A DNA stretch of 64,000 nucleotides from an uncultured Acidobacteriaceae bacterium (GTDB lineage Bacteria; Acidobacteriota; Terriglobia; Terriglobales; Acidobacteriaceae), in assembly GCA_963804135.1 (NCBI GenBank), contig CAWDPH010000008.1, positions 87,741 through 151,740 of the forward strand, written 5' to 3'. Made by a program: the position numbers and the translations under genes. This document shows positions 57,990 through 64,000 of this stretch, piece by piece. The notes under the pieces are model-generated. The model did not search any database. It was not told the DNA's origin and saw only the letters and a list, made by a program, of their open reading frames with translations. Each line of letters starts with the position of its first letter. The stretch's first letter is position 1.

Positions 57990-59897
57990 ATGAAAATTTC
58001 CGCGATGAATTCTGGCCCTGCGCGCAATCTCGATCCGCTGACAACTGAGAGCACATCCCGTCCGAACCGCTTGCTTTCGGACTGGCGCGTCTGCGTGCTG
58101 GCGCTGATTGCACTGTGGGCGGTCATCTACATGGCCGGACTGTCGCGGCCCGCCTTGCTCGACGATGCCGACACGGTGCATGCCGAGGCGGCGCGCGAAA
58201 TGGTGCAGCGCCACGACTGGGTAACGCTGTACGCCAACGGCATCCGCTATCTGGAAAAAGCTCCGCTGATGTATTGGGGAGTGGCGACCAGCTACACGCT
58301 GTTCGGCGTCAGCGAGTGGAGCACGCGCCTTCCGCTCATGCTGGGCGTGCTGGCGATGATTCTCTCCACCTACGGTTTGGGACGCTGGGCCTTGGGCGGC
58401 GAAGGCGGATTCGATTCCGGGCTGGTGCTGGCAACCGCGCTCGGACCGTATCTTTTCACCCGCTTTCTGATTCCGGATGTGCCCGTGGGTCTTTGGCTGA
58501 CGCTGACGTTTTGGCTTTTTCTGGTGTCGCTGGAACAACCGAAGCAGGAACAACAGAAGCTGGAACAATCGAAGCCCGCGCGCTGGACTTGCTGGGGCCT
58601 CGCCGCCGTCTGCGCGCTCAACGTGCTTACCAAGGGGCTGATCGGGCTGGTGTTCCCGGCGGCAGCGATCGGGCTTTACCTGTTGCTGACGGGGAATTTG
58701 CGGCACCTGCTCAAGCTGCGTTTGCTTTCGAGCGCGGTCGTCTTTTTCGCGATCGCCGCGCCCTGGCACATTCTGGCGGCGCTGCGAAACCCGGCGCAGG
58801 GCCAGGTCCGCGGATTCCTTTGGTTCTACTTCGTCAATGAACACCTCCTGCGTTTTCTGAACCGGCGCGTTCCGCGTGACTACGACACGGTTCCGCTGGT
58901 GCTGTTCTGGGCGCTGCTGGTTTTGTGGCTGATTCCGTGGACTGTGTTTCTTCCGCAGTCGCTGCGGGAAGTGCCGCGGCGGTGGCGCGAATTCCGCGCG
59001 CAGATGACGCGGCGGCAGCGGGCGTATCTCTTGTTTTTCTTGTGGAACGTGGTGATCGTGGGCTTCTTCAGCCTCTCGACGCGGCAGGAATACTACACCA
59101 TCCCGGCCATTCCCGGGATGGCGCTGCTGGTGGGCGGATGGCTGCAACGGGAGAGGGCTTCCGCTGCAGACAGCCGGGAACGACGCAGCGGGCGGACTTC
59201 GTCGGCGGTATTGCTGGTGGCAGGCGTCGTCATCGCGGTGGTTGGTTTTGCACTGCTCATGTTCTCGAAGGCGCCGGTTCCGGGCACGGATCTGTCGGAC
59301 CTGCTGCGGAAACATCCGCAAGACTACGCGCTTTCTTTCGGGCATTTTCTCGATTTGACCCCGCAGGCAATGGGGGCATTCCGCGTGCCGTTGTTTGGAT
59401 TCTCGCTCGCATTTCTACTGGGAACGCTCGCCAACTGGCTCCTGCGGCGTCGCGGGCAGGCGGGAGCGGGGAATGCGTCGCTGGTGGCGATGATGGTGGT
59501 CCTGCTGGCGTGCGTACGGATTGCGTTCGGCATTTTTTCTCCGATTCTTTCGTCGAGGGACCTGGCGATGGCGATTCGCGAACGGTACCGGCCCGGCGAT
59601 CGGATCGTGGTGATAGGGCTGTATGAAAATGCGTCGTCGCTGAATTTCTACACCGGCATCCCGTTGCACAGTTTGCGCGTGCCGGGCGGAAACATGTGGT
59701 ACGGAACGCAGTTTCCGGGAGCGCCGCGGGTTTTCGAAACGCAGGCTTCGTTTGTCGAGATGTGGAAGGGGCCGCAGCGCGTTTTTTTGTGGGCAGAAGA
59801 GGATGAACCACCGGCACTACAAGGATTGGCGCGGTATGTGGTCGCGCGGCGCGGCGGCAAGATTATTTTCGCCAATCAGCCGATGCCTTCGCGGTGA
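57990..59897 (+). CDS. ArnT/PMT-like (GT39/GT83-type) membrane glycosyltransferase
   Basis: About 12 TM helices. LLDDADTVHAEAAREM...YLEKAPLMYW first-loop motif typical of the ArnT/PMT_2 family. Start uncertain (57948, 57990 or 58005). Confidence 0.8.
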   Translation: MKISAMNSGPARNLDPLTTESTSRPNRLLSDWRVCVLALIALWAVIYMAGLSRPALLDDADTVHAEAAREMVQRHDWVTLYANGIRYLEKAPLMYWGVATSYTLFGVSEWSTRLPLMLGVLAMILSTYGLGRWALGGEGGFDSGLVLATALGPYLFTRFLIPDVPVGLWLTLTFWLFLVSLEQPKQEQQKLEQSKPARWTCWGLAAVCALNVLTKGLIGLVFPAAAIGLYLLLTGNLRHLLKLRLLSSAVVFFAIAAPWHILAALRNPAQGQVRGFLWFYFVNEHLLRFLNRRVPRDYDTVPLVLFWALLVLWLIPWTVFLPQSLREVPRRWREFRAQMTRRQRAYLLFFLWNVVIVGFFSLSTRQEYYTIPAIPGMALLVGGWLQRERASAADSRERRSGRTSSAVLLVAGVVIAVVGFALLMFSKAPVPGTDLSDLLRKHPQDYALSFGHFLDLTPQAMGAFRVPLFGFSLAFLLGTLANWLLRRRGQAGAGNASLVAMMVVLLACVRIAFGIFSPILSSRDLAMAIRERYRPGDRIVVIGLYENASSLNFYTGIPLHSLRVPGGNMWYGTQFPGAPRVFETQASFVEMWKGPQRVFLWAEEDEPPALQGLARYVVARRGGKIIFANQPMPSR

Positions 59898-60009
59898 TCG
59901 GCGGGCCGTATCGCGGCGGGTCGTATCAGGGCATCGCTTTAGCGATGCCGAAAGTTCTACTCTTGGAATGCGCCTTCAGGCGCTGTCAGTCGAACGCCAG
60001 CAATCCTGC

Positions 60010-61206
60010 TTATGGGGAAATCCTGCTCAGGCGGCCGTCTTTCAGGCCGAACACCTCGCCTCGCCAGTGGATGCGGTTGCCCATAAAACCTGCGGCCCAG
60101 ACGAGCGGCGCAATCAGGTCTCGCAGCGGCAGCAAGGCAACATTTCGGAAAATCTGCCGGTCGTTGAGCACGACCGCCGCCGCGACGATGCCGACAGCCA
60201 GCCGCGCGGCGACCGTCAGCGCGAATAGTCCCCACGCCCACGCCGCCCCTCGGGCAGCCGCCAGCGTCGCCAATGCCCAGGGCAGGCCGAAGGTGAACAG
60301 CAGTCCGGCGTATCCCCAGTGGCGCGCATCCCGAATGGTCCGCGACCAGCGCACTTGATGTTGGAAAAACTGCCGCAGCGTGTAGGCAGGCAGGAATGTC
60401 GTGACGGTCGCGGCGCTGAGTTCGACTTTCTTCCCCGTTGCTGCGATGCGGCGGCCGAGTTCATAGTCGTCGGCCAGATAGTCGAGCAGTGGTTCGAATC
60501 CGCCGATGGCTTCCAGGTCGCGACGCCGAAAGGCCAGCGTGGAACCCAATCCGAAGCGCAATCCCCTCTCGAGAAACCTTGCGCTCAATACGCCCGGTAC
60601 GAAGTCGGTGCCGATGCCTAAGGCTTCGAGGCGCGAGCCCAGGGTCGGGCCGGCTGCACCGCGGTAGAGGCAGGTCGCCAATCCCACCGACGCGTCCCTG
60701 AGCGGCGTGATCACTTTCCGCAAATAGTCGGATGGCACGCGGATGTCGCTGTCATTCACCAGGAGTGTTTCGTGACGCGCGGCAGGCAACATCTGCACCA
60801 GATTGCTGACTTTGATGTTTGCTCCCAGAACGCGATTGCAGACGATCAGTTCGATCGGGAGGTTGGGATATTTTGCCTGGAGCTTCCGCACCACTTCAAG
60901 GGCTGGATCGGCGGGTTCGCTGACCCCGAAGATCAATTGAACGTGAAATTGCGGATAGTCCTGTTCGCAGTGGCTGCAAAAGCTTTCCCAGATCTCGGGA
61001 TCGACGCCCTTCAAAGGCTTGAGAATGGAAACGGGAGGCAGGTTGCTTTCTGGCAGCGGAGGGTGGTTGAGTATCTTGCGCCTGTCGTTGAGGAAACTGG
61101 ACAGCCCGAGCGCGGAGAGGAAATAGAAGAACAGACTGCCAGCAGTTCCGATTGCGGCGGCCGCTTCGAGCAGTGCTCTCGTTGTCAGTGGCGGGGTCGG
61201 CAGCAT
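60010..61206 (-). CDS. GT2/GT21-family glycosyltransferase (ceramide glucosyltransferase / HpnI-like)
   Basis: PPVSILKPLKGVD, LVNDSDIRV (D.D), QVRWSRT (Q/RxxRW) with flanking TM helices. Confidence 0.8.
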   Translation of the reverse strand: MLPTPPLTTRALLEAAAAIGTAGSLFFYFLSALGLSSFLNDRRKILNHPPLPESNLPPVSILKPLKGVDPEIWESFCSHCEQDYPQFHVQLIFGVSEPADPALEVVRKLQAKYPNLPIELIVCNRVLGANIKVSNLVQMLPAARHETLLVNDSDIRVPSDYLRKVITPLRDASVGLATCLYRGAAGPTLGSRLEALGIGTDFVPGVLSARFLERGLRFGLGSTLAFRRRDLEAIGGFEPLLDYLADDYELGRRIAATGKKVELSAATVTTFLPAYTLRQFFQHQVRWSRTIRDARHWGYAGLLFTFGLPWALATLAAARGAAWAWGLFALTVAARLAVGIVAAAVVLNDRQIFRNVALLPLRDLIAPLVWAAGFMGNRIHWRGEVFGLKDGRLSRISP

Positions 61207-61433
61207 GGATGTGTCTCATAATAAATCGAATGCATGGAACTAGCCTGCATGGAACCAGCCGGCCCTCCGTCGCGATATTGCAGTTTTGTCGCATGTCGAG
61301 GGCGGTGCGGAAGCTCGGCCGTCCAAGTTCTCACGCGAACTCTTTAGCGGCTGGGCATCGGCTCCGCCTTTTTCCGCAGCTCCGCTGGCTCGCCACGGGT
61401 GCCGGAACGCAGAACTCAAGGCCGGCGGATACA

Positions 61434-61871
61434 ATGGCATATGCGAACTGGCCAGGAGACCGCCCGGTGACCAATCCCGCGTCCCAGTCTCCATCGAAAG
61501 TCGCGCGCCGATGGACCGTGATCGCCTCCGGCCTGCTTCTCCTGGCTCTGGCCCTGGTCGTTATCTACACCGGGCCCAATGCGTTTTTCAGCCCGGTCGC
61601 TTTGGTGGTGGTGGCCGCCATCGGACTGGCCGCGCTCCTGCTCCAGGTTTGGTTTCGCCGGGATCTTCCGGTTCATTCTCCCCTCTGGCTTAACACCCTC
61701 GGCATTCTCTGTGCCATGGTTTCGCTGTTCGCCGATTACCTCCGAATGACACGCCGCGCGCTCGATCTCGTGGCGTTTGCCGCCGTGGTCTGTTTCGGTA
61801 TCAGCGGATCCCTCATCCTGCACGCCCTGCGACGCCGAGTACAGACTCCGCAATCGACTGGGACGGAGTAG
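61434..61871 (+). CDS. hypothetical membrane protein (4 TM)
   Basis: ATG at 61434. The upstream part of the track ORF overlaps the GT21 start region. Hydrophobic helices throughout. Confidence 0.45.
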   Translation: MAYANWPGDRPVTNPASQSPSKVARRWTVIASGLLLLALALVVIYTGPNAFFSPVALVVVAAIGLAALLLQVWFRRDLPVHSPLWLNTLGILCAMVSLFADYLRMTRRALDLVAFAAVVCFGISGSLILHALRRRVQTPQSTGTE

Positions 61872-61963
61872 GTTCGTATCCGGGTATCGCTTCACGCGAT
61901 ACCGCAACTCTTCCGAAATCAAACGCCCCCTTTAGGATCTGAATTCCCAGTTACAATGCCGCT

Positions 61964-62824
61964 ATGCGCGTCACCTTGTTTGGAGCCTCGGGACTGCTTG
62001 GCCAGGACCTGGTTCGGGAATTGAACCGTGAGCACAATCAGTTGACGGCGTTTTCCGTCGAAGACGCCGACCTGCGAAACCACGCGCGCGTTCGCGACCT
62101 GGTTCGCGATTCCCGTCCCGAATGGATTCTTCTGCTCGCCGCCTACACCGACGTGGATGGCTGCGAATCCAACCGCGATCTCGCCTTCGCCGTGAATTGC
62201 GACGGCGCCGTCAATGTGGCCGAGGCTGCCCGCCAAGCCGGCTCGCGATTGCTGTTCGTGAGCACCGACTACGTTTTCGATGGCAGCAAACGTTCGCCGT
62301 ACCAAACCGGCGATCCCAGAAATCCAACCAGCGTTTATGGCGAGAGCAAAGCCCGCGCCGAGGAACGGCTGATCGAGATTCTGCCCGAGGTCTGCATCGC
62401 CCGCACTTCATGGCTGTTCGGACACGGCGGCAAGTGCTTCCCCGCAACCATTCTCAAGCTGGCGTCAACGCGTCCTGAGATTTCCGTGGTAAACGATCAG
62501 CGTGGCAGCCCGACGTTCACGTGCGATCTGGCATCGGCTCTCGTGCGGCTATGCCACGCGTCCGCTCGCGGCATCGTGCACGTCACCAATTCCGGCAACT
62601 GCACCTGGTACGAGTTTGCCGCCGAAATCGTGCGCATGTCCGGATTGCCGACCGCAGTCAAACCCGTGACGACAGCCGAATTTCCGCGTCCAGCTCGCCG
62701 CCCCGCCTACTCCGTTCTGTCGCCTGACAGTCTGCACGCCTACAACATCCACCTGCCAGAATGGCAGGACGCGTTGCGCCGCTATCTCGCGAGCGCGCCC
62801 GCTGCTGTTTCGGCGGTCCCGTAG
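61964..62824 (+). CDS. rfbD: dTDP-4-dehydrorhamnose reductase
   Basis: MRVTLFGASGLLG Rossmann start, STDYVFDG, YGESKARAE (YxxxK), NDQRGSPT. Confidence 0.9.
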   Translation: MRVTLFGASGLLGQDLVRELNREHNQLTAFSVEDADLRNHARVRDLVRDSRPEWILLLAAYTDVDGCESNRDLAFAVNCDGAVNVAEAARQAGSRLLFVSTDYVFDGSKRSPYQTGDPRNPTSVYGESKARAEERLIEILPEVCIARTSWLFGHGGKCFPATILKLASTRPEISVVNDQRGSPTFTCDLASALVRLCHASARGIVHVTNSGNCTWYEFAAEIVRMSGLPTAVKPVTTAEFPRPARRPAYSVLSPDSLHAYNIHLPEWQDALRRYLASAPAAVSAVP

Positions 62825-62994
62825 GCCTGCTGCCTCGATCGATGCGCGAGCCTCCGGCGCGAAGAAGGTCGGTTTCCGGGTTGTCGCCAGCCATCCAAAG
62901 GCGTCGCATCCGATGCAACCCACTCTGAAGCTCCCGCGCTGTCCAACCCCCGCTGCCGTGGTTTATCCTTGTTTTTCTTTCCCGAGGATCAACC

Positions 62995-64000
62995 GTGAAC
63001 AAGCGACTCTGTTGGGTTCTGCTAGCCGCGCTCTGTGTTTTGCTCTTTCCTTTCGCACTTTCCGCCCAGCCTTATGACCCGGCGATGTATCAGGACCTTC
63101 ACTGGCGCATGATCGGCCCGTTTCGCGGCGGACGCACCGTGGCCATTTCCGGCGTTCCCGGCCAGCCGAATGTCTTTTACATGGCGCCGAACAACGGTGG
63201 AGTCTGGAAAACGACCGACTTCGGCCGCACCTGGAATCCGATCTTCGATAACCAGCCGACCGGCTCGATAGGAGCGCTTGCCGTAGCGCCATCGAATCCG
63301 GACACGATCTACGTCGGCAGCGGAGAAGGTCTGCGCCGACCCGATCTCTCGGTAGGCGACGGTATCTACAAATCCACCGACGCCGGCCGCACCTGGCAGC
63401 ATCTGGGTCAACGGGATGGCGCGCTGCGCGACGCGCAACAAATCGCCGCCATCGTCATCGACCCCAAGGATCCCAATCGCCTCTTCGTTGCGGCCCAGGG
63501 ACATCCCTACGGCCCGAACCCCGAGCGCGGCATCTTCCGTTCGCTCGACGGCGGCCAGACGTTCCAAAAAGTTCTGTACAAAGACGAAAACGTCGGAGGC
63601 ATGGACCTCGTTTTCGATCCCCATAATTCGCAGGTTATCTTCGCCAGCATGTGGTCCTCGCGCCGTCCGCCTTGGACTACCGGCGGCGGCTACACCGGAC
63701 CGGGCAGTGGTCTCTACAAATCCACCGACGGCGGAAACACCTGGCGGCAACTCACCAAAGGATTGCCCGGCGCTGCCGAAGGCGTCGGCCGCATCGGCCC
63801 TGCTGTTTCTCCCAGCGATCCCGGCCGCATGTATGCCTGGGTGAACACGACGAAGATGAACGTGAGAACCAGCGGCATCTACCGCTCCGACGACGCCGGC
63901 GAAAGCTGGCAGCAAGTAAACGACGAAGAACGTGTCTGGGGACGAGGCGACGACTTCGGTTGCGTCCGCGTAGATCCGCGAAACAAAGACGTCATCTACG
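62995..64000 (+). CDS. secreted BNR/sortilin-Vps10-like beta-propeller glycosidase-like protein (3' end outside window; absent from ORF track)
   Basis: GTG at 62995 with GAGGA 6 nt upstream. My translation is VNKRLCWVLLAALCVLLFPFALSAQ...GGVWKTTDFGRTWNPIF...IYKSTDAGRTWQHLG...YKSTDGGNTWRQL...YRSDDAGESWQQV, with repeated S/T-D-x-G-x-T/S-W BNR motifs. The frame is open to nt 64000. Confidence 0.75.
   Translation, partial: MNKRLCWVLLAALCVLLFPFALSAQPYDPAMYQDLHWRMIGPFRGGRTVAISGVPGQPNVFYMAPNNGGVWKTTDFGRTWNPIFDNQPTGSIGALAVAPSNPDTIYVGSGEGLRRPDLSVGDGIYKSTDAGRTWQHLGQRDGALRDAQQIAAIVIDPKDPNRLFVAAQGHPYGPNPERGIFRSLDGGQTFQKVLYKDENVGGMDLVFDPHNSQVIFASMWSSRRPPWTTGGGYTGPGSGLYKSTDGGNTWRQLTKGLPGAAEGVGRIGPAVSPSDPGRMYAWVNTTKMNVRTSGIYRSDDAGESWQQVNDEERVWGRGDDFGCVRVDPRNKDVIY

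Noticed and set aside
57963-59345. 460-aa minus-strand ORF (and the 58115-58840 plus-frame ORF) within the ArnT-like gene
   Set aside because: Their composition is extremely Arg/Gln/Pro-rich. The 12-TM glycosyltransferase frame explains the region.
63022-63915. 297-aa minus-strand ORF at the right end of the window
   Set aside because: It is antisense to an open plus-strand frame with repeated BNR motifs that runs off the window. That gene is missing from the track only because it has no in-window stop.

Overview
High-GC (roughly 60% by eye), densely coding bacterial chromosomal segment. Gene content and four families of palindromic intergenic repeats suggest an Acidobacteriota (Terriglobia-like) genome; that is recollection, not a search result. 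Most of the window is housekeeping: comEC 3' end, ruvX, AI-2E permease, mltG, purN-purM, S10 peptidase and a full kdp locus. The kdp locus runs porin, two micropeptide ORFs including kdpF, then kdpABC, with kdpE and a KdpD split into an N-terminal sensor gene and a divergently transcribed histidine-kinase gene. Further genes are a Ser/Thr kinase-TPR protein, tRNA-Met(CAU), an IHF/HU-like protein, sppA, hyuB, an HtrA protease, ggt, asnS, arginase, ddl, rpsA, an M28 peptidase, a rhomboid protease and an envelope glycosyltransferase/rmlD cluster. I saw no rRNA, CRISPR array, transposase or integrase. The best candidate for something new is an AT-richer islet of about 2.8 kb (2745-5521) between the AI-2E permease and mltG. 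It carries two different dCTP-deaminase/dUTPase-fold genes, one a long two-domain DCD and the other a tail-anchored form lacking the canonical catalytic residues. It also carries a small zinc-ribbon ORF and a 71-aa ORF, and may be a nucleotide-pool-manipulating accessory or defence module. Secondary leads: an orphan ORF (36463-37392) whose motifs follow the order of a class III nucleotidyl cyclase palm domain. Inverted-repeat-flanked cassettes carry a four-helix-bundle gene and a GxxExxY gene, with empty MITE-like relatives nearby. A palindromic repeat sits in frame inside hyuB. There are also an H1-like dipolar protein and a LysW-like acidic zinc ribbon. Many long ORFs in the supplied track are antisense shadow ORFs and were rejected. 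One real gene (62995 onward) is missing from the track because it runs off the window.
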